A stretch of 64,000 nt of DNA from Deinococcota bacterium (GCA_041695225.1 JBGFRI010000015.1:32001-96000), one strand, 5' to 3'; shown: positions 1-10,823, counted from the stretch's first letter. Numbers and translations are program-made. The notes: generated by a model from the letters alone, not told the origin.

Positions 1-500
1 CGGGCTTCAAGTTTTTGTGGGTAGTGGACTTTCCGCTGCTGGAGTGGGACCAGGACAACGACCGCTGGACCTACATGCACCATCCCTTTACCAGCCCACA
101 GCTTGACGACCTGCATCTGCTGGAAACCAGCCCTGGCCAGGTACGGGCCCATGCCTACGATTTTGTCCTCAATGGAAGTGAGGTCGGGGGGGGTTCCATT
201 CGTATCCACCGCCGCGACCTGCAGGAGCGGATTTTTGCCCAGCTTGGCATCGGGGCCGCCGAAGCGCAGGAAAAGTTTGGTTTTTTGCTCGAGGCTCTCT
301 CCTACGGCGCACCCCCCCACGGCGGCATCGCCTGGGGGCTGGATCGCTTCGTGGCCAACCTGGCCGCAGAGGAGTCCATCCGCGAGGTGATCGCTTTTCC
401 GAAAAACAAAGAGGGCAAAGAACCCCTTACGGGTGCCCCTGCTCCGGTGGATGAGGCCCAGCTTGCCACGGTTGGGCTTGCACTGAGGAGCGAGAAATGA
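1..500 (+). CDS. aspS: Aspartyl-tRNA synthetase (bacterial discriminating type), C-terminal part; truncated by window edge
   Basis: [40 protein letters not shown] and IREVIAFPK are class IIb AspRS motifs. Confidence 0.95.
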   Translation, partial: GFKFLWVVDFPLLEWDQDNDRWTYMHHPFTSPQLDDLHLLETSPGQVRAHAYDFVLNGSEVGGGSIRIHRRDLQERIFAQLGIGAAEAQEKFGFLLEALSYGAPPHGGIAWGLDRFVANLAAEESIREVIAFPKNKEGKEPLTGAPAPVDEAQLATVGLALRSEK

Positions 501-610
501 CCGTGGTGATTTATGGCTAGCGCGTCTCACCTTATAGACAGGGCAGAACATGGTCGAGGATGCCTATAGACTGGGTGATGGAATGGCCGGGGACGAGGAA
601 TGATTAATCC

Positions 611-1504
611 ATGACCTACGCTATTCCTTACCTGCTGGTAGATGCCTTTACCGAAACCCCTGGTGGGGGCAACCGGGTAGTATTGGTGCTGGATGCACGG
701 GGGATGCGCACCGAAGAGATGCTGCTGACGGCTGGCAAACTGGGGCAGCCCCAGGCCGCTTTTGTAACCGACTGGGACAATTCCGGTTTTGGGGTGCGTT
801 TTTTTACTGCAGCTGGAGAGGTCGAGTTTAGCGGCCATGCCGCCGTTGCCCTCGCGCTGGCCATGGCAAAAGAAGAAAAGCTACCGGCAGGTGTCAAAAA
901 GCTCTATATGCGCACCATTGGGGAGTCCCTTGCAGTCGAGATCGAGAATGGACGGGCGGTGGTACAAAGCCCGGCCCCCCGCTTCCGCGATCCCCCCTCC
1001 TGGAAGGTGCTGCAGGAGTTTATCGAGGTAATGGGCGCCGACGAGCGCTACATACACCGGGGCCTGCCCTATGGCATCACTTTTACTGGCCTCTGGACCT
1101 TATTCATGCCAGTGGTAGCCCCTGGTCTGGTAGATGACCTCGAGCCTGAAATGGAGCGACTGGCCGAGTTATCGAAGAAACTCGAGGTTGCTACCGTTCA
1201 TGTCTATGCCCCTTATGGCCCCCGCAGCTTCTATGCGCGCACCTTCGCGCCTGCCCTGGGCATCCCCGAAGACCCGGTAACCGGTTCGCCCAACGCTGCG
1301 TTGGGGGCGCTGCTGGCCCGAGCAGGGGTAGTGCCGCGCTGGGAGGGTGAGGTCAGACTGACCGTCACCCAGGGCCACCGCATGGGCGGCCCGGGACAGG
1401 TGGATATACGCGTAGAGTATGGCCCTGCCGGGAATATCCTGGGGGTGTTTATTGGGGGGACCGCAGTAGTGGCCGATAGCGGCGTGGTGGAGCTGGGGGG
1501 GTAG
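611..1504 (+). CDS. PhzF family isomerase/epimerase
   Basis: VDAFT..GGN, RFFT..GEVEFSGHA and EDPVTGS motifs. Confidence 0.85.
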   Translation: MTYAIPYLLVDAFTETPGGGNRVVLVLDARGMRTEEMLLTAGKLGQPQAAFVTDWDNSGFGVRFFTAAGEVEFSGHAAVALALAMAKEEKLPAGVKKLYMRTIGESLAVEIENGRAVVQSPAPRFRDPPSWKVLQEFIEVMGADERYIHRGLPYGITFTGLWTLFMPVVAPGLVDDLEPEMERLAELSKKLEVATVHVYAPYGPRSFYARTFAPALGIPEDPVTGSPNAALGALLARAGVVPRWEGEVRLTVTQGHRMGGPGQVDIRVEYGPAGNILGVFIGGTAVVADSGVVELGG

Positions 1505-1517
1505 TCTCAACTAGGCT

Positions 1518-1640
1518 GCTAATGGCTGATAGCTAATAGCTCATAGCTAAAAGCTAAAGGCTAAAAGCTAAAAGCTAAAAGCTAAAAGCTAAAAGCTAAA
1601 AGCGGCTGTTGCTATCGGCTATTAGCTATTGACTATCGGC
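1518..1640. repeat. Heptamer tandem-repeat array, family A: (GCTAAAA/GCTAATA)n, core AAAAGCGGCTGTTGCTATC, then (GGCTATT/GACTATC)n
   Basis: Six perfect GCTAAAA units at about 1560-1601; core at 1598-1616; the two arms are roughly reverse-complementary. Confidence 0.9.
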
Positions 1641-1643
1641 ATC

Positions 1644-2468
1644 ATGGATAAACCCATCAGACTTGTGCTTATAGACGTGGATGGAACCCTGTTCGGCCCT
1701 GCCGGGGTACCACAGTGTGCCTGGGATGCCGCGGCACGAGCCAGGGAGGCTGGGCTGCATCTGGGCCTCTGCACCGGCCGGCCTGGACGAGGGTTCGCCC
1801 TCGAGTACGCCCAGCGGCTCGACCCGGAAGGGTTACACATCTTCGAGTCGGGTGCAGTAATTGTCTCGGGCCTTGGCGAGGTTGCGAGGGTCTCGGCCCT
1901 GCCTGTGCAAGCCTATCATCGGCTGCTCGAGCTAAGCCGGGCCTACCAGATTCCATTTGAAGTCTATACCGCCGAAGGCAGTTTTTACCGCGAAACTGCC
2001 CACCCCGATCTGATGGCCCACCAGAGTATGCTGGGTTTTGCCGCGGAGGTGCAAGACCTAAAGACAATTCCTGGGCAGGTAATCCGGGTGCAGTTTGTCT
2101 CGCGCCCTTCTGCGGCCTGGCAGGCAGTGCGCGCTGCGGTGCTAGCTATGCCAGGGGTAGAGCTGCATGAAGCCACCAGCCCCGGCCTGCCACGGGTTGG
2201 GTTCAGTTCAGTAACGGCGGCAGGGGTGTCCAAACGGGCGGCGGCAGAATGGGTGGCGGCAAAGCTGGGTATTGGCCTGGAGAACTGCGCCATGATTGGC
2301 GATGGGGAGAACGACCTCGAGCTGATCCAGAGTGCGGGGCTGGGAATCGCCATGGGTAACGCGCCAGAAGCGGTAAAGCAGGCGGCTGACCTGGTGGTAC
2401 GCTCAGTAGACGAGTGCGGTCTTGAGGAGGCCCTGGACACCCTACGCAGGCTAAACAGTAGTATGTGA
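1644..2468 (+). CDS. Cof-type HAD-IIB hydrolase
   Basis: DVDGTL motif I, CTGR, SK, GDGEND..GIAMGNA. Confidence 0.9.
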   Translation: MDKPIRLVLIDVDGTLFGPAGVPQCAWDAAARAREAGLHLGLCTGRPGRGFALEYAQRLDPEGLHIFESGAVIVSGLGEVARVSALPVQAYHRLLELSRAYQIPFEVYTAEGSFYRETAHPDLMAHQSMLGFAAEVQDLKTIPGQVIRVQFVSRPSAAWQAVRAAVLAMPGVELHEATSPGLPRVGFSSVTAAGVSKRAAAEWVAAKLGIGLENCAMIGDGENDLELIQSAGLGIAMGNAPEAVKQAADLVVRSVDECGLEEALDTLRRLNSSM

Positions 2469-2521
2469 TTAGTATCACGATAAGAAGTACTCGTGAAATA
2501 TTTATGTTGGGGAGGCAAGGA

Positions 2522-3334
2522 ATGATAAAACTGGTCGCGCTTGATTTAGATGGAACCTTTTATGCGGGAAAACACCTTGGCGTACCTGAGTCGGCCTGGG
2601 CGGCTATACAGCGTGGTCGCGAGGCTGGGTTAAAGTTTGCGGTCTGTACCGGCCGTCCACAGGGCGGCCATGGCCTCGAGTATGCCCGGCGTTTACAGCC
2701 AGAGGGTCCGCACGTCTTCAACGATGGCGCCTCGATTTGCGACACCTGGGGAAGGCCCTTGTACGCGGCGCCACTGCCCCAGTTGCCCGAAATCGTCGGC
2801 ATTGCCCGCAAATTCGGGCTACCATTTGACCTGATGGGTGCCCAGAGCGGGCGCTACTACGAGAGCGAGCTGATGCCCCCCGAACTCCTGACCCATATCG
2901 AAGTGACCGGAGTAGTTGCCCGCTCAGCTAGGTTTGAGGAAATTCGGGAGACCCTGGTGCGGCTGTGGTTTGTGGTGCCAGATCTGAGCCTGTGGGAGAC
3001 AGTCAAGCCCGACCTGGAAACCCTGCCGGAGATTGATCTGGCCGAGTACCTGAGCCCGCGCGAAGCGATTACCGGCGTAATCAAGAAAGGCATTTCAAAG
3101 TCCTCTGGGCTACAGTGGTTAGCCGACCACTACGGGCTTTCGCTCGAAGAAATTGCCATGATTGGCGATAGCCATAATGACCTCGAGGCTATCCGCGATG
3201 CCGGCCTTGGGATTGCCATGGGTAACGCCGTAGATGAAATCCTGGCAGTCGCCGATCACGTCACAGGCCATGTGCGCGACAACGGTTTCGCCCAAGCAAT
3301 AGAGTATATTCTGACCCTCAATGGGCAGGGTTAG
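2522..3334 (+). CDS. Cof-type HAD-IIB hydrolase (tandem paralog)
   Basis: DLDGT, CTGR, GDSHND..GIAMGNA; GGAGG SD upstream of ATG 2522. Confidence 0.9.
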   Translation: MIKLVALDLDGTFYAGKHLGVPESAWAAIQRGREAGLKFAVCTGRPQGGHGLEYARRLQPEGPHVFNDGASICDTWGRPLYAAPLPQLPEIVGIARKFGLPFDLMGAQSGRYYESELMPPELLTHIEVTGVVARSARFEEIRETLVRLWFVVPDLSLWETVKPDLETLPEIDLAEYLSPREAITGVIKKGISKSSGLQWLADHYGLSLEEIAMIGDSHNDLEAIRDAGLGIAMGNAVDEILAVADHVTGHVRDNGFAQAIEYILTLNGQG

Positions 3335-3416
3335 GGTAGACGTCTGTTTGCTAGCCTCTAAGGCAGAGGGATATTTTTCCCTATGCTCATTCGTTGCCTA
3401 ATGCCAAGATTGGCAC

Positions 3417-3917
3417 ATGTTCGGTATTCGTGACCGACCACTGGGTCTGTTGGTGGGACTGATGTTTGCCCCCTTCGCCTTGCAGCTATTAGGCTGGCTC
3501 GGTACCCCACTTGGCGGGGGGCCTTGTGGAGAGTTGGGACCGGGACAGATGATGCTGGATCTGCCTGGGAAGTTTTTCTACGCCCAGATAATGCTCTGGG
3601 GCATCTCATTGCTGCTGGCCACAGGCTTCTTTATCGTTATGATCTCGCTCATGCACCCCCAGGGAATACCCCGGGCCCATGTCAAGCCGTTTTTGCAGCT
3701 AGGATTAGTTATCAGCCTCATAGTTGCGCTAATTTACACCCTTACCAGAACCTGGGGTCTACCTGCGCCTAGCCCGCTGGGTCTGCTGTGGACTGGTGGT
3801 GAGCCCATTGATGCTATTGGAATGCTTATTTTGCTGGTCTTGGTCAGCAACTCGGTTCTGATCACTCGATGGCTCTATCAAAATCCACCCCCAGTCCTTG
3901 CCAATTCAGACAGATAG
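3417..3917 (+). CDS. Hypothetical membrane protein (about 4 TM)
   Basis: Four hydrophobic segments; fits the co-oriented gene run. Confidence 0.65.
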   Translation: MFGIRDRPLGLLVGLMFAPFALQLLGWLGTPLGGGPCGELGPGQMMLDLPGKFFYAQIMLWGISLLLATGFFIVMISLMHPQGIPRAHVKPFLQLGLVISLIVALIYTLTRTWGLPAPSPLGLLWTGGEPIDAIGMLILLVLVSNSVLITRWLYQNPPPVLANSDR

Positions 3918-3946
3918 TTCCTCCGCCAAAGCATCGGGCGTCTTCC

Positions 3947-4011
3947 AATAGCCGATAGCTGATAGCAACAGCCGCTTTTGGCTATTAGCTATCCGCTATA
4001 GGGCATGAGCT
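3947..4011. repeat. Heptamer array, family A (core in reverse orientation)
   Basis: GATAGCAACAGCCGCTTTT at 3961-3979 is the reverse complement of the 1598-1616 core; flanked by 7-mers. Confidence 0.85.
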
Positions 4012-4051
4012 ACGATGGCAAGAATAGCGTTAAACCGCTAGAATCTAGCAT

Positions 4052-4708
4052 ATGCAAAGGACCCTTTTTGTCGTGGTTGCAGTGCTGGCCATAGTCGTGG
4101 GGGCGGTGCTCTTCCTGGTGCTAAGGCCCCAGCCCATTGTCGGCGCAGCCGATGCAGCCAAAGGAGCTCGCTTTGTCATTGGAAACCCCGAGGCCAGGGT
4201 GACGGTGGTGGATTTTTCTAACTTTCTCTGTGGCCACTGTCGTGACCACTCTAACGAAGTGTTGCCGTTTATCAAGCGCGACTATATTGACACTGGTAAG
4301 GTGCGCTACGTTTTCCGCGACTTTCCCTTTACTGGCCAAGAAAATGTTATTCGGGCCGGTGAGGCGGCTGCGTGCGCTCATGAACACAATCTATTTACCT
4401 CCTACCACACAGCACTTTTTCGAGCGCAGCTACAGTGGGCAGGGCTCAGTGGCGGTGCGTTGGACAACTATTTTGCCGACCTGGCTGGTCAGATCGGCAT
4501 AGCGCCCGCTACATTCTCTGAGTGTCTAACCTCTGGCCGCAAGCGGGCGGGAGTGCTCGCCGACCAGCGCCTTGCGCTTGACCTGGGGCTCACAGGAACC
4601 CCCACCTTCTTTGTTAACGGCGAAAAGCATACCGGGTTTTTACCCTACACTAGATGGCGTGAAATTCTTGACCGGGCCCTGGCCGCACAACCCTCTGGTA
4701 GCAATTAA
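4052..4708 (+). CDS. DsbA family thiol-disulfide oxidoreductase
   Basis: N-terminal membrane anchor, CGHC (CxxC), RDFP, GTPTFFVNG cis-Pro motif. Confidence 0.9.
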   Translation: MQRTLFVVVAVLAIVVGAVLFLVLRPQPIVGAADAAKGARFVIGNPEARVTVVDFSNFLCGHCRDHSNEVLPFIKRDYIDTGKVRYVFRDFPFTGQENVIRAGEAAACAHEHNLFTSYHTALFRAQLQWAGLSGGALDNYFADLAGQIGIAPATFSECLTSGRKRAGVLADQRLALDLGLTGTPTFFVNGEKHTGFLPYTRWREILDRALAAQPSGSN

Positions 4709-4889
4709 GCCGCCGCAGTATCCCCATTTGCGCTGCAAGCTGGAGCGTAAGACCAAGCCATCGTCACACAGATACCATTCATTGCCCTGCGGCAGAGTCG
4801 CCACTGCGCTGGTGCTGAACCTGGCGCAAGCAACTAAGCAGTCCAGGAAAAAACCCATCCACACGGGTATTCTTGGAACGCTATGCCTC

Positions 4890-4928
4890 GCGGTTGTTGC
4901 TATCGGCTATCAGCTATTGGCTATCAGC
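4890..4928. repeat. Heptamer array, family A (half element)
   Basis: GCGGTTGTTGCTATC GGCTATC AGCTATT GGCTATC AGC. Confidence 0.8.
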
Positions 4929-4934
4929 CTCTGC

Positions 4935-6131
4935 TTAGGAGGCCTGGCGCAGACGGGCTTCCTCGAGGGCCTTCAAAGGCTTGTCTAGGTGGGCCAGATC
5001 GAAGACAACTTCCGTGACACTCGAGCTGGGCAGTTCAAACATCAGCTCTACCATGGCCTTTTCAATTACCGCCCGTAAGGCCCGAGCACCTGTACCGCGT
5101 TTGAGGGCGCGGCGGGCGATCTCTCGTAACACACCCGGCGTGAAGTGAATTTCTATACCTTCCATACGCAGCAGTTCCTGGTACTGGCGTATAAGCGCAT
5201 TCTTGGGTTCAGTCAGAATACGCACCAGGGCATCTTCATCCAGGGCCTCGAGTTGCACCATAACTGGTAACCGGCCCACAAACTCGGGGATGAGACCAAA
5301 CCGCACCAGATCTTCTGGGATGGCCTCGGGTTTTTCCTCCGACTTCTTGGGGCGGGTAAAGCCAATGGGGTTCTGGTCTGCTCGCGCAAGCACAATGCGC
5401 TCGAGGCCATCAAAAGCCCCTCCCAAAATGAACAGAATATTCTTGGTATTGAGGGCAATGAACTCCTGGTGGGGGTGCTTACGCCCACCCTGGGGAGGTA
5501 CGTTGGAAATAGTGCCCTCAACAATTTTGAGCAGGGCCTGCTGCACGCCCTCACCAGAGACATCCCGGGTCAGGCTGGGGTTCTCGGACTTGCGGGCAAT
5601 CTTGTCAATTTCGTCAATGTAAATAATACCCTTCTCCGCAGCCTGCAGATCAAAATCGGCGGCTTGCAAGAGGCGAAGCAATACGTTTTCTACGTCCTCA
5701 CCCACATAGCCAGCCTCGGTCAGGGTAGTGGCATCGGCAATAGCAAAAGGCACGTCAAGCATCCGGGCCAGGGTCTCGGCCAGGAGGGTTTTGCCAGTGC
5801 CGGTTGGGCCAATTAGCAGTACGTTGGACTTCTGCACCAGGGCCTCGGGGTATATCAGGCGTTTATAGTGATTGTAGACCGCTACTGAGAGGGTTTTTTT
5901 GGGTAACTCCTGCCCAATGACATACTGATCGAGAAGGCTCTTGATCTCGGCAGGCTTGGGCAGATGGCTGGGCCGGGCAAAGCTCTTTTTGGGCTCCACC
6001 TCCAAAAGATGCCTGGCCTGATCAACACACTGATTGCAGATAAATACTTCGCCCAGCGGCGACTCGACAAGGTGAGGCACCTCGGGGTATTTGCGCCCAC
6101 AAAAACTACAAGTAGGTTTACTGCGTTTCAC
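4935..6131 (-). CDS. clpX: ATP-dependent Clp protease ATPase subunit ClpX
   Basis: CSFC..C..C zinc finger, [28 protein letters not shown] loop. Confidence 0.97.
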   Translation of the reverse strand: MKRSKPTCSFCGRKYPEVPHLVESPLGEVFICNQCVDQARHLLEVEPKKSFARPSHLPKPAEIKSLLDQYVIGQELPKKTLSVAVYNHYKRLIYPEALVQKSNVLLIGPTGTGKTLLAETLARMLDVPFAIADATTLTEAGYVGEDVENVLLRLLQAADFDLQAAEKGIIYIDEIDKIARKSENPSLTRDVSGEGVQQALLKIVEGTISNVPPQGGRKHPHQEFIALNTKNILFILGGAFDGLERIVLARADQNPIGFTRPKKSEEKPEAIPEDLVRFGLIPEFVGRLPVMVQLEALDEDALVRILTEPKNALIRQYQELLRMEGIEIHFTPGVLREIARRALKRGTGARALRAVIEKAMVELMFELPSSSVTEVVFDLAHLDKPLKALEEARLRQAS

Positions 6132-6705
6132 GGCTAACCACCTGATCTACCAGTCCGTAGCTGGCGGCCTCATCGGCAGTGAGATAATAGTCGCGCTCGG
6201 TATCGCGCTGCACCTTTTCCAAAAGCTGATTTGTATGGCGGGCTATGATCTCGTTTAGAACCTGCCGAGTCTTGAGGATCTGCTCGGCCTGTATAGCAAT
6301 ATCGGTAGCCTGCCCCCCCAACCCCCTGGCCCAGGGTTGGTGAATCATGACCTTGGAATGCGGCAGTGCATACCGCTTGCCTGGCTCACCCGCAGCAAGC
6401 AAAACCGCACCCATCGAGGCAGCAAGCCCCACACAAATGGTCGAGACCGGAGCCGAGACAAACTGCATGGTGTCATAGATGGCCAGCCCTGCATCTACGT
6501 CTCCGCCGGGGGAATTGATATACATGCGGATTTCCTGATTGGGGTTTTGCGCAGCCAGGAAGAGAATTTGCGCCACAATAGTATTGGCTACCTGAGAGTC
6601 TATGGGCGTGCCCAAAAAAATGATGCGGTCTTTGAGCAGGCGACTGTATATATCGTAGACGCGCTCACCACGGGCGGTCTGTTCGATCACGTAGGGGACT
6701 ACCAT
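6118..6705 (-). CDS. clpP: Clp protease proteolytic subunit
   Basis: [33 protein letters not shown]. Confidence 0.97.
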   Translation of the reverse strand: MVVPYVIEQTARGERVYDIYSRLLKDRIIFLGTPIDSQVANTIVAQILFLAAQNPNQEIRMYINSPGGDVDAGLAIYDTMQFVSAPVSTICVGLAASMGAVLLAAGEPGKRYALPHSKVMIHQPWARGLGGQATDIAIQAEQILKTRQVLNEIIARHTNQLLEKVQRDTERDYYLTADEAASYGLVDQVVSRETQ

Positions 6706-6767
6706 ATCGGCTCCATTCTAAGCCTGAATGCCCGTTTGAGAAGGCACTGGCGCACATACGGCTTGTC

Positions 6768-6877
6768 TATGGCTAATAGCTCATAGCCCATAGCGGATAG
6801 CTAAAACCTAAAAGCTGGTGTTGCCCTTGGCTATCAGCTATCGGCTATCAGCTATCGGCTATTATTGGCTATCAGCT
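6768..6877. repeat. Heptamer array, family A, overlapping the tig stop codon
   Basis: GCTAATA GCTCATA GCCCATA GCGGATA GCTAAAA ... GGCTATC AGCTATC repeats. Confidence 0.85.
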
Positions 6878-8098
6878 TTCAATTCTCTCAAGCGCCATGA
6901 ACAGCGCTTTGTCGTGGAGGCGCTGGGTGCGTAGGCGGGCGATGGCCTCCTGGCCCAGTTCATTTTCCAGCCGCTCCGGGGTAGTGCGGTAGGAGCGGGC
7001 CAGCTCGGCCAGGAACTCGGCAAACTCTTGCGGGCTCAATTCGGATTTTAGCTCTTCCGAAAGGGCTTCAACTGCCAGCGAGCGGCGCAGACGCCTGGCT
7101 GCTCCCTCGCTAAGACTCTGCTTGAACTCCTCGAGCTTCCCATCTTTTTCGAGCTGGGCAATGTACTCACCCAGAGCCAGTTTCTGCTGCTTGAGGTCCT
7201 CGGCCAGACTCTCTAACAGGCTTTGCTCCTCGCGAGCCAGCATGGTAGGCGGAATTTCCACCTCGATGGCCTCGCCCAGCTTATCCAGCAGCTGTCTGGC
7301 TTTGGCGTTGCGCGCTTCGCGTTCAAACTGAGTCAAAAGACTCTTGCGCACTTTATCCGTGAGCGCTTCCAGGCTGTCTTCTCCCACGGTCTTGGCAAAC
7401 TCGTCGTCCAGTTCAGGCAGTTGCAGAGCCCTGATTTCCAGGATTTTGGTTCTGACCTCGCGCACCACAGTCTCGCCGTCTTTCACCGGGACCATCACTT
7501 CGTCGCCGGCTTTCCGACCTAGCAGAGCCTCGCGCACATGGGGTTGCGCATTCTCCATCACCACCGGGAAGCGGCCCCCGTCATCGGTCTCGATAAAGAC
7601 AGTGTCTTCTAACCGGGCCTCGCGATCCACCGCAGCCATTTCGCCATGACGACTGCGCAGCTCGTCCAGGGCTCGGCTGAGTATTTCATCGGTCAGCTCG
7701 GGTGTTTGCGTCTCGAGCTTGAAGTTTTGCCAGTCGGGCAGCTTAACTTCTGGATAGTTCTCTACTTCAACCGTGTAAACAAAGGGCTGTCCAAAAGTGA
7801 GGCTCTCGTCCAGTACTCGCGCACCAACCGGCAGCAACGACAACTCCTGGGCAGCTTTGGGAAAGGTCTGATCGCGCAGGGCTTCCTTCACCTCGTCGAG
7901 CAGGGATTCCTTGCCGATTTTGGCCTCAATCACCTTGGCCGGGGCCTTACCGGGGCGGAACCCTGGCAGCTTAACCTTTCCAGCATAGTTGTTCAGTACC
8001 GCTTGATAGGTTTGCTCGACCTGGCTGGCCGGAACCTCTACCTTTACTTTCACTTTGTAGCCTTCACGTTCCAGAATTTCTGCCACCACACACCTCAA
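6872..8098 (-). CDS. tig: Trigger factor (start may be the GTG a few codons downstream)
   Basis: GFRPGKAP ribosome-binding signature, LPELDDEFAK; tig-clpP-clpX synteny. Confidence 0.95.
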   Translation of the reverse strand: MRCVVAEILEREGYKVKVKVEVPASQVEQTYQAVLNNYAGKVKLPGFRPGKAPAKVIEAKIGKESLLDEVKEALRDQTFPKAAQELSLLPVGARVLDESLTFGQPFVYTVEVENYPEVKLPDWQNFKLETQTPELTDEILSRALDELRSRHGEMAAVDREARLEDTVFIETDDGGRFPVVMENAQPHVREALLGRKAGDEVMVPVKDGETVVREVRTKILEIRALQLPELDDEFAKTVGEDSLEALTDKVRKSLLTQFEREARNAKARQLLDKLGEAIEVEIPPTMLAREEQSLLESLAEDLKQQKLALGEYIAQLEKDGKLEEFKQSLSEGAARRLRRSLAVEALSEELKSELSPQEFAEFLAELARSYRTTPERLENELGQEAIARLRTQRLHDKALFMALERIES

Positions 8099-8502
8099 AG
8101 TTCGACCGTCTGGGGTCGCCCAGGATATAGAACTAGGCCATTTTATCTTCCGGTCATGCTACTGGCCAGTCTATGGATTAGGCCCGTTGGCCTTCAGCCA
8201 TACTACTGGCCAATCCATAGTCTACAACCCTCTATGCAAATATCGTACATCCACCACTACATCCACCACGGTCTTCTCCAACAGCCCGATTGACGCCACA
8301 GGATGGATTTGGCCGATGAACTCATAAACTCCGCTGGGCTGGTGGTGGAAATGACGGATGACACTGCGACACCCTGGGGTTCCGAAACACTACATTTGTG
8401 GTAGTTATCAAGGGCAGGAATTTACGTCTGGTACAAAAAGCTCGCTGTCAGATCGAGGATAGTTTTGACCTCAAAGCCTCTTGAGTTAGATCGGGACAAC
8501 TG

Positions 8503-8536
8503 ACCCTACATACCCCCCATAGGTATGGTGTAGGGT
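8503..8536 (+). promoter_or_regulatory. CsoR/CstR-type operator upstream of sqr
   Basis: ATACCCCCCATAGGTAT (8510-8526) has the ATAC-C-tract-GTAT form of CsoR-family operators and is nested in the inverted repeat ACCCTACA...TGTAGGGT. Confidence 0.6.
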
Positions 8537-8555
8537 ATCAGACGAGGAGAAGTTT

Positions 8556-9764
8556 ATGAAGACCATTCTAGTAATCGGGGGAAACTTCGGGGGAATGACC
8601 AGCGCGTTTGAGCTAAAGCGCAAGCTGGGAAAAGAGGCTCGCATTGTGGTGGTCTCGAGGCAGAAGGAGTTTGTTTACATCCCCTCGCTAATCTGGGTTC
8701 CTTTTGGGCGGCGCAAGGTCTCGGATATTACCTTTGACGCAGAGCGCACCTTCAGCCGTGGAGGCATCGAGTTCATCCATGCCGAAGCCACAAAAGTCAA
8801 GCCCGAGGAAAATAAAGTGGAGCTGGCCGACGGAGCGGTGCTTGATTACGACTTCCTGGTAATTGCTGCCGGGGCCAGGCTGGTCTGGGACAGCGTGCCT
8901 GGGCTGGGACCGGACGGTTACTCCCACTCTATCTTCACCCCGCCCGATGCCGAAAAAACCTACCAGGCCTACCAGAAATTCCTGCAAAACCCCGGCCCGG
9001 TGGTGATTGGAGCAGTTCCCGGGGCAAGCTGCATGGGTGCTGGCTATGAGTATCTGTTTAACTTTGACCATCAGATTCGCCGTGCCGGCAAGCGCAAAAA
9101 AGTCAGCATCACCTGGGTCACGCCTGAGCCCCAACTCGGTCATTTTGGCATCGGCGGAATGGCTGGCGGAGAGGCCATGCTGAAGATCTTCCTGAAGATG
9201 CAGGGCATTGACTACCGCGCCAACGCAGCCATTACCGAGGTCCGCCCCGATGGGGTGGTGCTCTCTAGCGGCGAGGTGCTGCCCTCCAGTTTCTCCATGC
9301 TGGTTCCCCCCTTCCAGGGTGTGGAAATGTTACAAAACTCCCCCGAGCTGGTGGATGCCAAGGGTTTTGTGGAAGTCTCCGACGGCTACCAGAGCACCCG
9401 CTACCCCAACGTTTTTGCAGTTGGGCTAGCCGCCAGGGTGCCCAACCCCTTCAAGGGCGACGTGGCCTTTGGTGTACCCAAAACTGGCTTCCCCACCGAC
9501 GAAATGGCCAAGACCGCAGCGGCCAACATCGTCGAAATCCTGCGCGGCAACCCCAGCAAGCTACACTGCAAGCCCTTTGGCAAGATGGCCGCAGTGTGCG
9601 TGATGGACGCAGGCAACAAAGAGGTCATCATCCTGGGCAACAGCCTCTACCCTCCCCGCAAGTTCCAGATCATGCTGCCCAACCTGCTAGGCGATTTCAA
9701 CAAGGTACTGGTTGAAAAGCTGCTTCTGCTCAAGTACCGCAACGGCTGGTCCTTCCTGCCCTAA
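8556..9764 (+). CDS. sqr: Sulfide:quinone oxidoreductase
   Basis: GGNFGG FAD motif, GASCMGAGYE (catalytic Cys 1), MLVPPF, VPKTGF, AVCVMDAG (catalytic Cys 2). Confidence 0.85.
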   Translation: MKTILVIGGNFGGMTSAFELKRKLGKEARIVVVSRQKEFVYIPSLIWVPFGRRKVSDITFDAERTFSRGGIEFIHAEATKVKPEENKVELADGAVLDYDFLVIAAGARLVWDSVPGLGPDGYSHSIFTPPDAEKTYQAYQKFLQNPGPVVIGAVPGASCMGAGYEYLFNFDHQIRRAGKRKKVSITWVTPEPQLGHFGIGGMAGGEAMLKIFLKMQGIDYRANAAITEVRPDGVVLSSGEVLPSSFSMLVPPFQGVEMLQNSPELVDAKGFVEVSDGYQSTRYPNVFAVGLAARVPNPFKGDVAFGVPKTGFPTDEMAKTAAANIVEILRGNPSKLHCKPFGKMAAVCVMDAGNKEVIILGNSLYPPRKFQIMLPNLLGDFNKVLVEKLLLLKYRNGWSFLP

Positions 9765-9797
9765 TTTAGCGCGACACAGCTAGCCGTTCCACTGCCC

Positions 9798-9840
9798 AGT
9801 CACAACCCCCGAAAATACTTGCTTGGGGGTTGTGACTTTA
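9798..9840. terminator. Intrinsic terminator hairpin between convergent genes
   Basis: AGTCACAACCCCC ... GGGGGTTGTGACT perfect 13-bp stem. Confidence 0.8.
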
Positions 9841-9924
9841 TCAAGCAGGACTGAGTATCACTTGTCGGTATCAAATAGCCCTTACAACCAGTCTACGCGT
9901 CCAAAGGAACCTGGCTGACGGGCT

Positions 9925-10683
9925 TCACGGGATTAGCCGGAACTGGACTAGGTTGACCGTATAAAACCCCTCTTGCCTTCTAGTCGCGTGGAAATTTACT
10001 TCACGATTGTCATTAACGATACTTAGAAGCACAACCCCCGTCAAATCAATATCCACAGTCTGGGGAAGTTCGCCAGGTCTGATGGTAGCAGTATGGAGGC
10101 GGCGACCGTCGCCATAAAAAAAGATGTTTCTTTCAGATGCATAAGGATGGTTGTCATCAAAACCGATCAGCCCACGCATCCGGGTAAACTCTGCATTGAG
10201 CCTGAACACTGCCCGCCCCTGCGGATGTTGCCAAAAACGACGAATTGAGATACCGTTGCTGTATCTTGTCCCGGCAATAGCCATGCCTGCTTCTTCATCG
10301 TAAGCTAATTCAATGTTTTCCGAAAAGAAGGCCCTGTGAGACGACAGGAAAACCCCTTCTGGCCTTCTGCCGATGTGCACGGTAAAATTGGGGCCGTCCC
10401 AGGTTACGGGTTTGCCCACTGCGCCCGCAACCAAACCCAGGGGCACGTAGATTCTGCCCTGGTAGATGAAGGGTTCGCTTCCGGCAGGAATGGCAAGCCT
10501 TTCTCCATTTACCATTATTTGAATATTGCGGAATACGACTTCAATTGTCGCTCTACCCTCTCTGGCGAGCGCCATCCCTGCAAACAAAACAACCCCAACA
10601 AGACTAGTTAAAAGCAGAGCTGCCAGCGCTACGAGCGTTTTTGACCGATTTGCAAGGGAATATCTGACAAACCTTTTGACCAT
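9925..10683 (-). CDS. Exported protein: copper-amine-oxidase N-terminal (stalk)-like domain plus NPCBM/NEW2-like carbohydrate-binding domain
   Basis: Signal/TM segment; 'IMVNG..PFIYQGRIYVPL..VA..VGKPVTWDG..TVHIG' stalk pattern; 'G..YSNGI..GFDD..YGDG..VDIDLTGV..L' NPCBM pattern; AGGAGG SD. Confidence 0.7.
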   Translation of the reverse strand: MVKRFVRYSLANRSKTLVALAALLLTSLVGVVLFAGMALAREGRATIEVVFRNIQIMVNGERLAIPAGSEPFIYQGRIYVPLGLVAGAVGKPVTWDGPNFTVHIGRRPEGVFLSSHRAFFSENIELAYDEEAGMAIAGTRYSNGISIRRFWQHPQGRAVFRLNAEFTRMRGLIGFDDNHPYASERNIFFYGDGRRLHTATIRPGELPQTVDIDLTGVVLLSIVNDNREVNFHATRRQEGFYTVNLVQFRLIP

Positions 10684-10823
10684 ACCTTCCTCCTATTCGA
10701 GAAGCATTTTTAGTGATCGCTTTGTGACCTGTCAAGCGATGTAACGGGCCGCTACAGCGTTTCGATTGGTTTAGTAAACCAAGTGCAAAAAACAAAAAAC
10801 CCCAAATAGCCGCCATTGCAATC

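Noticed and set aside
1518..1640. Repeat arrays as CRISPR
   Set aside because: 7-bp tandem units without unique spacers or constant 25-40 bp repeats; no cas genes
8387..8402. NrdR-box-like ACACTACATTTGTGGT
   Set aside because: Spacing is off by one base from consensus, it is a single copy, and no ribonucleotide reductase gene is nearby
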